Source of the DNA: Octopus vulgaris
Taxonomy: Eukaryota
Reading direction: 5' to 3'
Assembly: GCA_951406725.2 (NCBI GenBank)
Contig: OX597828.1
Location: forward strand, 8,990,001-9,054,000
Length of the DNA stretch: 64,000 bases
Of the stretch, positions 1-16,039 are shown one piece after another (position 1 is the first letter of the stretch; the number at the start of each line of letters is the position of its first letter). Both the position numbers and the translations under genes were made by a program. A model generated the notes under the pieces. It did no database searches, was not told the DNA's origin, and worked only from the letters and a program-made list of their open reading frames with translations.

Positions 1-19
1 ATCATCGTTTGTTACTTAA

Positions 20-195
20 AGCAAAATGCTTAGCGGTATTTCTTCCGTTTATACGTTTGATTTCAAATTTTGCCACGGTCGATTTTGCCTTTCGTCATTT
101 CAGAGTCGATAAAAAAAAGAAGTGCTAGTTGAATTCTTCGGTTGATATAAACGACTTAACCTGTCCTCCGAAATTGCTGAGCCAAAATTTAAACC
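20..195 (+). mobile_element. tRNA-derived SINE (Meta/MESC-core type), 5'-truncated and diverged
   Basis: AAATGCTTAGCGGTATTTC...TTCAAATT (B-box-like)...GATTTTGCCTTTCGTCATTTCAGAGTCGATAAA; homologous to copies at 21.1, 31.4 and 52.0-52.4 kb. Confidence 0.75.
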
Positions 196-1049
196 CGACA
201 TTGTTCTTGCTGGTGCGTTTAACAAACAGTAATTGCAGTAAATGTCATTCATATACAATATAATTTGCTCCGTAAAATCTTAACGCTCTTAGAACTATAG
301 TTATAAGACACATGCACGCTCTAACACGAAAGCAATAATATTTAAAATGTAGTAGGATAAAACGGATCAACAATATAATCGGTGGAGATTCGACACCTGG
401 ATCTTAGTTTACCGACACAAATTCTTCCTTTCCTCGAATCGTTTTTAAGTATTTCTATTCTACATTTGTATGTTGATTCTTGAATGCACATCGAGCCCAT
501 GTCATCATAAAAAGTCTACGTAGAATAATTATTCTATTAAACAGGATATAGTTTAAAATGTTTAACTCATTGTAATGTGTAATACGACCATGTCCAACCT
601 ATACATCACCTAGTTATCCAGTCGTTGTTTAGACTGAATTGAGAATTACAAAAGTATGATTCGTTATGTTAAGCTAACCTCTGTCAAGATGAAGATAGGA
701 ATTAGTACTCTATTGAACACTGCAATAGGGACTCTGGCTCTAGCAATAATATGATATATGTGAATAAACTAATAGTACATTCCATATATGAACCTAAATA
801 TTGAACTTCAAAATCTGTCAAGGTGAGTGTTGAAATTAGAAAACGGATAAAGTGAAATTGAAATTGTTCAACGAATCGTCAGCTTCAATAATGTCTATAC
901 AATTTACCCCAATAAATGTTTATCTATATATGTATGTATGTCTGATTGTGAGCATATATATATATAGGTGTGTGTCTCTGTGGGTGTACATAGATATATA
1001 TAGATGTAGATATATGTTTGTATGAATGCACCTATGGATGAAGGCATGC

Positions 1050-1087
1050 ATATATACATATATATATATACATATATATATATACAT

Positions 1088-1162
<75 letters not shown>
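1050..1162. repeat. (TA)n microsatellite, representative of dozens of (TA)n/(TG)n/(CA)n tracts across the window
   Basis: Direct reading; these tracts generate the [12 protein letters not shown] ORFs in the ORF track. Confidence 0.97.
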
Positions 1163-1164
<2 letters not shown>

Positions 1165-1658
1165 GAGTAGGTTAGTGTGAGTAAATCAATATGTGGTACT
1201 GTGTGATTATGTGTTATGCGTGCGTCTGGGATTATAAGTGTCTGACTTTCTGAGTACAACACTATCTGTATTTTTCACATCTTCATATCTTATTTACACT
1301 TCAGTCGTATTTACAGTTTAACATATAACATAATGTATCGACTTTTATTAGATGGCATTATTTTATAATCGTTTATCAAGCTAACACACAGAAGTGTGCA
1401 GACATGCGTGATATACGAACTGTATTGTTTATAAAACCAAATGATTCAATTTTATTTCTGTTCACCAAAATCAATGAACTATATTACGATTTTATTTGTC
1501 ATTCTATATACATAAAAATTCAGACCTATATACGTTTACATGTGCAAGGATATATATATATATATATATATGTGTATATGTATATATATGTATGTATGTG
1601 TGTATGTGTGTCTGTGTCTGTGTTTACATATAATATACACATACATATATATATATAG

Positions 1659-1726
<68 letters not shown>

Positions 1727-2019
1727 TTAGGCATATGTGTGTGTATGTATATGTTTAACATATATGATATATGTGAGTGTGTATGCGTGACATTCTAATG
1801 GTTTGAAGAATATGAGTGCGTGCGTGTAATGGTTTGAAAAATATATCAAAATTGCTTTAATGTCTCGGAAAATATGTCATTTGTAGGAATAAGTTTCTGT
1901 ATATACCACAACTAACAAGTACCGTAAATCGATAAACAAATAGCGAGAAACTGGACATCTGACACATATATACACGCGCACACACAAAAAAGACACACAT
2001 ACTTATATACAGAAATATT

Positions 2020-2060
<41 letters not shown>

Positions 2061-2082
2061 CATATATATATGTGTATATATA

Positions 2083-2136
<54 letters not shown>

Positions 2137-2159
2137 TATATATATATATAGACACACAC

Positions 2160-2208
<49 letters not shown>

Positions 2209-2234
2209 CACACGTTCACACACATGTATATGCA

Positions 2235-2275
<41 letters not shown>

Positions 2276-2531
2276 GCACACACACACACACACAACGTAG
2301 TATATTGAGAAAGATATATCGAGAAATATAAAGATAGAAATAAAAAATTGTATAAGAATGTATAAGAATAGATATATGGACATAAGCATGTGTGTATATA
2401 TATATATATGAGACTGGGTGTACGGGTGCATGTGTTTGTGTGCTAGAGTGTGCACAACTATGGGTTTGTGGATCGAGAGAAACTAACACACTAACCCGCA
2501 AACTGGCCACCATAATTTTTGTCACTTCTTG

Positions 2532-2617
<86 letters not shown>

Positions 2618-2760
2618 ATGTATGTATGTATATATATATGTATGAATATGTGTGTCTATATGTTTATATATCTATGTATATATATATATATGTGTGTGTG
2701 TGTGTGCATATATACGTTTATATATACATATATTAATAGTAATAGTATGGCAACAAAAAA

Positions 2761-2989
2761 TGAATGAGACATCCATATTATATAAATAGAGGCATTTATC
2801 TGTAATATGAAGTCCGGCAAATATTCGGTTGTCATATTAAAACTCCGCGTTTCGGATATCTGGGCGGAAATCTGCTGCGACATCAAGTCAAACTGACGAA
2901 ATGGCGGAGCAGTTTTCCGACTCGAATAAATGGTACATATTATATTATAGATAAATGCCTCTATTTATACAATATGGAACTCTTATTCA
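2761..2989. mobile_element. Foldback mini-element with ~48-bp terminal inverted arms and a split hammerhead
   Basis: 2761-2808 is an imperfect inverse of 2942-2989; CTGACGA at 2893-2899 on +; ATATCC-GAAAC-GCGGA-GTT on - strand (~2840-2860); homologous to 4297-4452. Confidence 0.65.
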
Positions 2990-3064
2990 TTTTTTTTTTG
3001 CGTGTCATACTATATATATAAATATATGTCTGTATGCGTGTTTACATAAATATTATATATATAA

Positions 3065-3166
<102 letters not shown>

Positions 3167-3308
3167 GCATACAACATTCATACATAAATATATACATTCT
3201 TACAAATTACCTTCACATAGACATGTATGTATAGAAATTGGGCCAAATTGTGAGAGAGGGACAGACAACAATAAAGGTTTATACATAACTGGATCGGATA
3301 TATATATG

Positions 3309-3342
<34 letters not shown>

Positions 3343-4135
3343 TGTATGTATGTATGTATGTATGTATGTATGTATGTATGTATTATATAACTATATTACA
3401 ATAGTTATTATTGTAAGGCATACTAACAAAATCACTTTTCAGCTTTTTTGAAAAAATTATACCGTTATACGATATCATAGAAATCTGAAAGTTTTACAAT
3501 ATTTTATCTAATAACATTCAAGAGATAATTTTTTACATAATGTATATAGAATAAACTGTGCATTTCTCAAATAGCTAATTAACACATGAAACGACTGTTA
3601 TTGCTAGCAATCTTTTGTATATGTCAATCCCATCCTATCCAACCACACATGATGGAAGAGTTAGCGAACGCGCTGTTTTCTGATTGGCTAAAAATTCTGA
3701 AAATTTTCGAAATTTGAACACATGTAAATTTTTCCAAAAATTTGGTGATATAAATATATATAACAAATTCGGATTCTGCGTTAAAAATTACTTCTATATT
3801 ATCTACTAAAATTGTTTTCTAAACATAGTTGTAAACAGAGATGAAAACCCAAAAGAGCCCTCCTCTGTTTTACCTTGAAATAAAAGTAAATATATAAACT
3901 TTCTTGCTGAAATTAATGAACAAAACCAGCTTTTCATTTTGGAATTTTTGAGGGTTCAAACCAGAGAATAGTTTTTAACGAGCTTTTATTCATAAGATGA
4001 TTTCGTAACTTGTTAATTTCATTCATTGTTTTCAATGTTCTGTCTCCCTGTCCCCATATTCTGTCTTTCTTACACACAAAGGTACTCCAGGTGTGACCAG
4101 CAGGAAACAGCCCACAGGGTGGTCTTTCTACTGGT

Positions 4136-4166
<31 letters not shown>

Positions 4167-4192
4167 GATACATATATATGTATGTATATATG

Positions 4193-4282
<90 letters not shown>

Positions 4283-4296
4283 TGTGTGTGTGTGTG

Positions 4297-4452
4297 TGTG
4301 ACAATTATTCGGTAGCCAAGATAAAACTCTAAGTTTCGGATGCCGAGGTGGAAATCGATCGATGGCCGGATAACTGAGGAGATGGTGGTGTGGATTTCCA
4401 CCTCGGCATCCGAAACTCGGAGTGCTATCTTGGCTACCGAATAGTTGTCACA
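4297..4452 (+). mobile_element. Foldback mini-element (~60-bp arms) containing a type I hammerhead
   Basis: Arms 4297-4356 and 4393-4452; GATAA-CTGAGGA(4374-4380)-GATG.GTGG..CCAC..CATCC-GAAA(4412-4415)-CTCGGAGT; the left arm read on - gives GTT|TTATC, which completes stem I. Confidence 0.7.
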
Positions 4453-4533
4453 TATTATATTTACAGATAAATTCCTCTATTTACATGATATTGACGTCTC
4501 TTTCTCTCTTTTGTTATCTTACCATTTTTACCA

Positions 4534-4574
<41 letters not shown>

Positions 4575-4795
4575 GTGTATATGCATATATACTTACGTAT
4601 ATGGACATACCCACATCTATACGTATATATATAAGCATACATTGGCACAGAAAGTCATAAAACGTGGACAACAAAAATATACGAAGCGCAGGAAGTTATG
4701 GAACATGAACTATTCTTTCGAACAACGAAAGACATAAATAGAAGACAAAACAAACATCATAAAGAACTACACTTCATATGTTTTGGGCTGTATGC

Positions 4796-4829
<34 letters not shown>

Positions 4830-5352
4830 AATTAATAAATAAATAAAACATATGCATATATACATACATATATGTGCGTACCTACCTCTACATGTATATA
4901 TACATGCATATATTGGGTACAAGACACAAAAACAAAACGTCGAACGCAATGAGAAACGAAAACATAAACACAAAACCAAGGAAATGGACATTTTTCTTAA
5001 ACAACGAAAAAATAGTGTACAGGACATACAATACGAGGAACATTCCCCTTCTTCAGTCGCCTTTGTTTCATCTACTCCACGTTTTCGAAGGTCAAGGCGA
5101 TACATGACTTAAATGAAACATTCCTTTCCGCGAAATGCAAATTAAATAAAATTTGAGATTTTTTTGCGGAGGGGTAAAAATGGTAACAAAAACAGGACAG
5201 TAACGGCAGTAAAAAATATAAACAGTAAAAGACAGGACAAGGAGAATAATAGTAACACAGACAAGAAGGGCTGTTAAGCCGAACGAGATAAAATATTACG
5301 AACGCTATTTTTGGGAACGGCGAAGGAGCCACAGAAATGCCATATGGAGGAA

Positions 5353-5563
<211 letters not shown>

Positions 5564-6136
5564 ATATATATGTATGTATATATATTATGTATATAATTAT
5601 ATGCCTGAACGCCACGCATCCCCTTCCAAGTAAGTTTACATATATATATATATATGTGTGTATATAATGCATACTGTTGTATATGAAACCTTCTGGCAGT
5701 CGGTCCTTCCCAATTTGTCTTCCTTTTTATACATACACGGGAGTGATTTGCATGTATGTATGTATATATGTATGTTTTCTACACACACGCACTAATTATG
5801 TTCTATAATGGTCTATCCAAAGTAAAAGAAAAATTTGAAGTCTCCATATCCTTTGAATTTGTTTTGTATTTGTATTTATGAGAGTAATTCGTCTTCACTA
5901 GATGTCCCATCTATCGTACCTCATAGCAAACCAATACGGAGTATAATGCAGATTTCTACTGAGGTGAAATTATTTTACATGTCTAGACCAATATACAGGC
6001 TATGCATTGTCCAATATAATTTTTTTTATTTGCAAATAAATGCATATATAGAAGGCTAGCTCATCACATCATAAAATCATGGTTACACCACTGTTTTAGA
6101 TCTGCGTGTGTATAAAAATTTCCGATTATATATACA

Positions 6137-6177
6137 ACTAGCACTATGACCCGGCAACGACGGGTTATAATGCTAGT
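6137..6177. mobile_element. 41-bp palindromic Helitron-3'-end-like unit
   Basis: ACTAGCA-CTATGA-CCCG-gcaacga-CGGG-TTATAA-TGCTAGT; hairpin core and CTAG|T resemble the Helitron ends at 30437-30465 and 36069-36090. Confidence 0.55.
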
Positions 6178-6240
6178 AAATATATATATATTTATATATA
6201 TACATACATACATGCATACATACATACATACATACATACA

Positions 6241-6276
<36 letters not shown>

Positions 6277-7583
6277 TAACTTTTTTATTACACTTAACTT
6301 TTTAAAATAGTTTTGATAAGGTTCGTTTTTTCAAGAAGGACCGAAAGATGTAAAATTTCTAAGAAAATTAGAATTGATCTTATATAGTGGCATTTTCAAA
6401 CTTCAAAAGGAAGTACGTAGAAGCGTTTCATAATTTTTTGTTGATCAAGTAATTGCATTGTTGAATTATTCTTTTAGATCAGTATTTCTCAACGGGAATT
6501 TCAGGGGAGAGTTTCAGGGAGTCGCTGGCGATATATCGTGATGATCAAAAATCCGGCCTGCTAAAATTTGATTAAAGTGATTCAAACTGCAGACTCAACG
6601 CAAAATGGTCACATTTACTTCAAAGCGTTAAAAATGTTATGAAAACAATTGGTATGTGTTCACAAAGTCCAAATGATTAATACGAAAAAACCCTCCAGGC
6701 TACATCCCGAAAATTCATTTTTTTGCCGAATTTCTATAATGTTTACGGCGATTCGTTTTTATATCTTGATTTTTTTTTCATGCAATTTACGCATGCTTGC
6801 ACGTGTGGTGAACACAGTTCACGTCAAACAGCTAACTGAGTAAAGCTCACTATTCAATGCTTGGGATAAGGACTAAACAAACACATTATCGATTTTTGCA
6901 CTTGCGAGATGAATTTCGGAACAGAAATAGCGCAGTTCAATTTTCATTCGCCGAAACTTTAAGTGACCCACTTTTGGTGGTTCTACGCTTTGTTGGCTAG
7001 GAGGAGATGTGCCGGGAAGTTAAACACACAGACACACACACAGATACGCACACATACACACAAGTTGAGATTTATATATATATATATAGATGTATCGAAT
7101 CATTATACTAGAAAAAAAATCAGCTTGGTATGGTCATTAAAGAATAAGTATATATGTAATAAATATATTTGGTATGATGTCAGTTGTAATGCTGGATCTA
7201 CGTCTACGAAATTGAGAGTCCTTAATGTAAACAAAACACAGAAAAGGGATAGGAGAGGAAGTAAAGGAGTTAAATTGAATAAAACTTATTTCGAAACTGT
7301 TTAAAATGCATAAAACAATAAAATAAAATATTATGTAGGATGACTGCTGTAGATATGAAGATTAACCACAATGGTTGTTTTCAATTAGGGTTAAAATGTC
7401 GAAGGCCTCCAAATACATTTACCCTCAATAACTCTATTGGAATCAAAACAAGTGTCACGCACACATGGAGGCGGATATACTGATTAACATACTGAAAATC
7501 TACAAAACTTCAAGCAGGTCAACCCATTCGCATACGTATATACCACACAGAGACGAACATTAGAAACATACACATACACACAT

Positions 7584-7652
<69 letters not shown>

Positions 7653-8861
7653 GTGTAAACATATATATATATAATAACCAATTATGAATATTATGTAAAT
7701 TCCGCAATAAATCACGCAGTGAGATTAACAACCTATTCCTTCGGTAAAGAGCTTACTTAAGGTCTTGAATCTCTTTGCACTTTTCAGGTCCGTTGGAATT
7801 ATCACAAATTACACTTAAAGAAAAGGTTTGTCGCATATCTCGAGCTAAATTTGTACTTTCATTCACTGATAATTATAGTGAATTTTAAACTGCTTACTCT
7901 ATTATATGGAATGCACAACCATATATAGGTAACGGAGGCTTTTATGGGCCATGTGTATCTAAGGCTTTCCATATGAATAAAATTATATTGCTTTTTATCA
8001 ATCAGCGTGATGAATTGATTATAAGATGGCAACACCCTAAATATAAGTTTTCTAGAATACCCAGCATAGCGAAGCTTTCCGCTACAGTATGTGATCCCTT
8101 TTTCGCAATACACAATGTGCATGTTCTTTCATTTTGACTTTTCATAAATGACATGGCCAGAAACTTCTTAAAAGACGCGTCCCCTGACACGGACAACTAC
8201 ATTATCTTTGAAAGACAGAAAATAGTAGTGTTTCATCTTCACCAAAGGAAACGTGATTGAGAAGATGAAATTTCTGACAGATAATTCGAAGGTGACATAT
8301 CAAACTCCCTGCGTTAAGTAATAATACTTCCGTGGAAGGGAATGATTTTCATGGAGATTTCCATTGGTATTTTGATTGGTTGGTTCGCCATGAAAACGCA
8401 GCCTGATACTTAATAACAATTGAAAGAAATATGATGTAAGCTTTTTCTTGTCAAACTTGTATGAAAGGAGTATGTAGAGAAACAAGAATCGCAGACGGGC
8501 AGAGAAACAAGAGGATCCATTTAAATGAGATTTCAGACTAGAAAACTAATTTTTTCTCTGAATACATGCATTACTACTATGAAACCAAATCAGACTTGCA
8601 GGTCTATCCTACTTGGCCTAGTTTATGCATCTTAAAAAAATAATGAAATATAAGTGGACACTAAACAGGGACAAACTCCTGGAAAAACAAGGAAATACAG
8701 TATATACTATAGACGATTCTCCAACTACAGTAAAAAAATGTGTACATATATATGTGTATATATGTATATAAATATATGCATGTTTATATATATCTGTAAA
8801 TATGCGTATTTACTTCTACATTTGTCGTCTCTTGCTTCTTTCTTTCTCTTTCGCTCTCTCC

Positions 8862-8892
<31 letters not shown>

Positions 8893-9475
8893 CATATATA
8901 CGGGGGGATTGCGTGTGTGTTTTGTGTGTATGTACGTATGTATGTATATGCATATGTTAACACACACATATTTATGGATGTATATACAGAGATACATAGA
9001 TGAAGGTATGGATACATTTCCTTTGCCACTGAAAGCCACTCCTATAAAACAAACTGAGAAAAATGCAAATAAGGGTATGTTTATTTGTTATATAAAACTA
9101 CATTAGCATTGTTACGGCATCATACTAAATTAATGATGTGATATAAGTGCGAAAATACTTTAGATGTACCTGTCCCATGTTACTAAATTATAAATCTATG
9201 TATGAGGTGAATTTGCACTAGATTTGCAGTAGGCTTACAATGCATTACATATGATAAGCGCTGGGAAGGGAGGTAGAGATATGGGGAAGGTTTATGTTGG
9301 CGTTGTTTCAAAGTTCTATTCGTGTTTTATTCGTAACTCTGTCTGCTTATAAATGTATCAACTCATGGAAGGATGAATATTGAATACCATGATTATTTAT
9401 TGCTGCCATATCTTTTCCAAAAACAGCACATTCCTTTATAAAGCATAAAATAATAACAATAATAATAATAATAAC

Positions 9476-9544
<69 letters not shown>

Positions 9545-10370
9545 GAGAAAAATCCGGACAAAAATAATAACAGCTACAACAACAACAATGATATTAATAT
9601 TAATAAAAATAATATTAATAAAAGACAACAAAAATGTAATTTCCTTATGTTGATATTTCTAATTAGAATTTCGGGAAATAGTATATTTTAGGCAAATGCT
9701 TAAGTGTACTTCGATATTGTATTTTTGTTTGTAATTACTATTCCTTTTTTTTTTCCATTTCTTTTCATTATTTTGTCCAATGGAATTCACTTATACGTGC
9801 TAAATTAGTTTTTAATGTAATTTCGCATAACATGTCAGGAATATATAAGTTAGCTTGCCTATATTTGTATGTTATGATTTATGCTTATTAACTGTCTACG
9901 TATGAATGTTTATCTTTGATATATGTAACAATTTTTCAAGTTTCCATAACTTACAATAGCAGTTTGATTTGATTTTTTTCGTGCGTGTGGTGTGTATTTG
10001 TGTGGTGTTTTGTATGTATGTCTGTATGTATATGTGTGGTAGTAATGATGATGGTGATGACGAGGGTGATGATGATAGTGATGAGGATGAGGATGTTGAT
10101 AATAATGATGATGATGATGATGGCATTAATAAAAATTTACAACTTGAACACATATCTACACATCTTAGAATGGATGGCGACTGTTATTTAATTCCCTCCA
10201 GCAGTGCGATTATCTAGTGGAGCATTGTCTGTGTCCCGAATGGCAACAACCAGAAAAACAACAACAACAACAACAATAATAGTACTAATACTAATACTAC
10301 CACTACTACTACTATTCATAATAATAAGAGTAATAATAATGATAATAATAATAATAATAATAACATACAT

Positions 10371-10546
10371 AATAAATATAACATACATAAAATTGCACTA
10401 CTAGGCACTGCACACATCCTACGCAGAACACTTTCCATACAATAACCATCAGAGCATCACAACAAATCACAGCACATACCCAAGGCACACAGAGCTGCGC
10501 TCGGTAGTGAAGTGAAAGCACGCTATAAAAATAAAACTACTGAATG

Positions 10547-10547
<1 letters not shown>
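10371..10547 (+). mobile_element. R4/Dong-type non-LTR retrotransposon, extreme 3' end (copy 1)
   Basis: Encodes ...KIALLGTAHILRRTLSIQ* plus a 3'UTR ending in (TAA)n; close match to 11030-11203. Confidence 0.8.
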
Positions 10548-10616
<69 letters not shown>

Positions 10617-10628
10617 GAAGAATAATAA

Positions 10629-10659
<31 letters not shown>

Positions 10660-10732
10660 AAGAAGAAGAAGAAGAAGAAGAAGAAGAAGAAGAAGAAGAA
10701 GAAGAAGAAGAAGAAGAAGAAGAAGAAGAAGA
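10548..10732. repeat. Compound (TAA)n/(GAA)n microsatellite
   Basis: Direct reading. Confidence 0.97.
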
Positions 10733-11203
10733 AAACAACCATACTCTGGGATATGCCGATACACATAGAGAAATTAAGGCCAACAGACCAGATATAGTTG
10801 TCAGAGATCATGAAGAAACAAAATGCTTTCTAATTGATGTATCAATACCAGCAGATGACAACGTTTCTCTAAAAGCCATGAGGAAACTTTCAAAATACAA
10901 AGACCTGGAAATAGAGATAACCAGAATGTGGAATCTAAAAACAGAAACAATTCCTATCATAGTAGGTGCATTAGGCATGATAAAAAAATATTCAGACAAA
11001 TACATAACAAAAACACCAGGACTTACAAATACATATAACATACAGAAAATTTCACTACTAGGCACTGCACACATCCTACGCAGAGCACTTTCCATTCAGT
11101 AATCATCAGAGCATCACAACAAACCACATCACATACCCAGTGCACACATAGCTGCGCTCGGCAGGGAAGTGAAAGCACGCTATAAAACTAAAACTACTGA
11201 ATG
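10733..11203 (+). mobile_element. R4/Dong-type LINE 3' fragment with restriction-like endonuclease (copy 2)
   Basis: REIKANRPDIVVRD...CFLIDVSIPADDNV..K..KY.DLEIEITRMW...IPIIVGALG = PD..D..K RLE motif; stop at 11102; followed by a (TAA)n tail. Confidence 0.88.
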
Positions 11204-12770
<1,567 letters not shown>

Positions 12771-12828
12771 ACAATCTGTTTGGTCGCGTCCCCCACAAGC
12801 TATTTCACCGAAATCATGTGAGAAAAAG

Positions 12829-12892
<64 letters not shown>

Positions 12893-13059
12893 CTTCCGGT
12901 TTTTCGAATCAAAATGTGACCACGTGTGTACTGTTGGCGATTTTTTTAACTCTGTCTTCCCTTCTCTGGATCTTTCCTTCTTTCCTGAGCGTCCAATAAT
13001 ACTATATTTGTTCCACGTCCTCGCGTTGTTGTGCTTTTTTTGTGCTTTCTTGTTTGGAT

Positions 13060-13140
<81 letters not shown>

Positions 13141-14187
13141 TAAGTGAGTGAGAGAGATTGAGTAAGAGAAAGGGAGAGAGAAAGAGAGTGTGAGATTGAG
13201 AGAGAAAGGGGAATAGAGAAAACAGCTTGAGGTTCACGTACAAATGAATAAAGCATCAGTCAACAGGTTCGATACGATTGATTGATGAATGCATCCTGTA
13301 TACGACAGCAGTCGTTCCATATTACATGACTGAAGTAATACTCCTTGCACATTGATCGAGTACACAAAATACACTTTCTGCAATGTGTGCATATGTGATA
13401 GAGACATAGGAAAATTCAATCAATTAAAAATATACTGTATCATGTGGAATAACTAGGAAAATTATTTCATGAAATGTCTGTAAATGGTGCCATAGATGAT
13501 GTAACAAGATGAATGAGATGCGTATAATCTTGTGTTGAGTAAGAACATAGAGTGATCTCCTACTTGAAAGAGATGAAAATTAACATTGTAGAAGGAATAG
13601 AGCTGACGGAGTTAAAGAAATCACTATTGATGACTGCCTTCATGTTGTTTCCATGACTACATGTCTGACGATCACAATGCGTATGACAAAGACATATACA
13701 ATATTTTTCCCGTGAAGTAACGATTTTTCATAAAATATGTGTGTATTTGTGCATTCGATATTTCTCTACAAACATCCATTGGTCAGACACACAAAGAAAA
13801 CTTGAAATCGTTACCAAGTTACATTAGCGTTATGCTCGAGTCGTTCTCATATAAAATGATGAGCTATCATCGTTTTTGCCTTTTTGCACACGAATTATGC
13901 CTATGTAGAGAAACATAACGTCTTACGTGAAGTATTCTTTGAAAATTTAGTGTCAGCAAGGAATTGAATGATGCCTTAAACTGATGTTTAGAAATAAGGA
14001 CTTCAAGTTGAAGTACGAGACGAGAGATTACAGATGTTCAAAAATAAAATCTTCGATAGAACAAAGCATAGGAATAAAGCAGTGTTTTGAGACTGAAGAG
14101 TTACGATTAATAGTCTGGAAATGTTTAGTTATTATCATTATAATATCCCTAACCGGCAGTTATGTTACTTAGAGCATGGCACATTAA

Positions 14188-14256
<69 letters not shown>

Positions 14257-14281
14257 AGTGTGTGTATGTGCATGCGTGTGA

Positions 14282-14323
<42 letters not shown>

Positions 14324-14442
14324 ATTCATATCTATATGTATGTGTGTATGTATGTATATACATATGTATGTATATGGCCGCACTACTCAAACAACTAGTT
14401 CAACATTTAAATCAATAATCATAATAATAATAATAATAATAA

Positions 14443-14473
<31 letters not shown>

Positions 14474-14539
14474 AAGAATCTTTTATTTATTGGCCACTAG
14501 GGCTGAACACAAAGTATAGCGAACGATACGTAGACGAGG

Positions 14540-15900
14540 GACAATGAGGTTAAAATTTTAAACAGCCCCTCCAGCTTCCGCAGTAACGACTTGAGTGCCG
14601 GTAAGTAGAATAGGGCTGATAGTGGCCTTACTTGTCGGATCGAACGTGCGATACTAAACGATTGCAAGAGGAGGCCATTTACTTTAACCACGGAACAGAT
14701 TTCGCTATACATTGCAGCGTTGCAGCCTCTGAAAACGGGAGCAAAACAAGCCGCCTTGAGAACAGCCTTCAAGTATAGATGGTGGACCATATCAAAAGCT
14801 TTCGATGGATCCAAAAGTATTAGGGACGCACCCATGCCATGTTCTTTAACAAGCCTCTCTATGATGTATCATGTGAAGTGGAGGTTGTCATGTATATTTT
14901 AGTTAGGGATAGTGATAGTCGGCGCATCACCAACCAGTCTGTCAACGAGAAGCGCCAACCTCTTCGCTAACACCTTGGCCAAAATTTTGTAATCTGTATT
15001 TAGCTCAGCTAGAGGCCTAAAGTTATCAACAATGTGCCCATTGTTGGAATCCTTTCTCAGTAGCGGTTGACTCTTCCCCAAAAGCTCACCAAACAAGTTT
15101 GGTATATGTATATAATGCTCGAAGGTCAGACCAGCCAATCCTAAACACATCTCCCTCGTGCAACTAGCCACGACGTCGGTTATATCTTCAGCTGTTATCT
15201 GCATTTCGCATAACTCCACGTCCCTGGCCGAAAGCCACGGCGTACCATCAAGGTAGCAAATGAAGTTGACCTCCGCCTCCGTACCACCACGTGCCGTGTA
15301 GAGTTCAGCAAAGTGCCGCTCAAATTCCGCAAAAATCTGCTTCGATTCTTTTAGCATGCGCCCGTCCCTACTTCTCAAATACCACATTGGGTCTCAGCCA
15401 CCAGACCCATCGAACGGCTTTAGAGCACGCATCCTAGCCCTAACAATGTAACATTCATGCTTGGTGTCGAAGAATTGGTTCAGAACCAATCTCGCTGCTA
15501 GCACCTCGGTCCTATGCCTCTACGCGTGAATCATTTAACTTTCTAACTAGGTCTCCCTCTACTCTAGTTTTTGTCAGTTGTTCTCCGCTAATTCTGCAGC
15601 TTCTACTCCTATTGCACGTTTTAGGCCCAACCACCACTGGTTGTTAACGACTGCCCTCCCCCTCCCCGTCAACATTTGATGGACTATTTTGGTTAACCGG
15701 TCTCTGGGAGCTTGACGCGCCGGGGAAGACGTGTTAAGCTTCCAGTATCCGTGTCCCTACCTATGGAGCCTATTTGGGCAGCCGTGCAGATCACAAACTT
15801 TTGTTCTGTTTTGTTGACGAACTGAAACTTTAGACCTGTCCGCCAGCTGGAAATGACTAAGCAGGTTTGCGAGGTTTACGCACACGCTTTCTTAACCGCT
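14540..15900 (-). pseudogene. Decayed L1/Tx1-clade LINE ORF2 fragment (reverse transcriptase)
   Basis: DNFRPLAELNTDYKILAKVLAKRL, LLDPSKAFDMVHH, SIRQVRPLS (degenerate RQGCPLS) and a G.GYWKLN-like motif near 15750; many stops. Confidence 0.85.
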
Positions 15901-16039
15901 ACCTCACCCAATCCACATGTACACTCAAAATGGCGTTCTATTCGCTCACTAATACTAAAGAGCGAATCATCCATAGACACGCCCCCAGGCGTCTGAACTC
16001 CGGCTGCCCCGCTCCAGTGAGTGCATACACTGCGAGCAG

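Noticed and set aside
14092-14125. CTGAAGA...GAAA
   Set aside because: No stem I, II or III pairing
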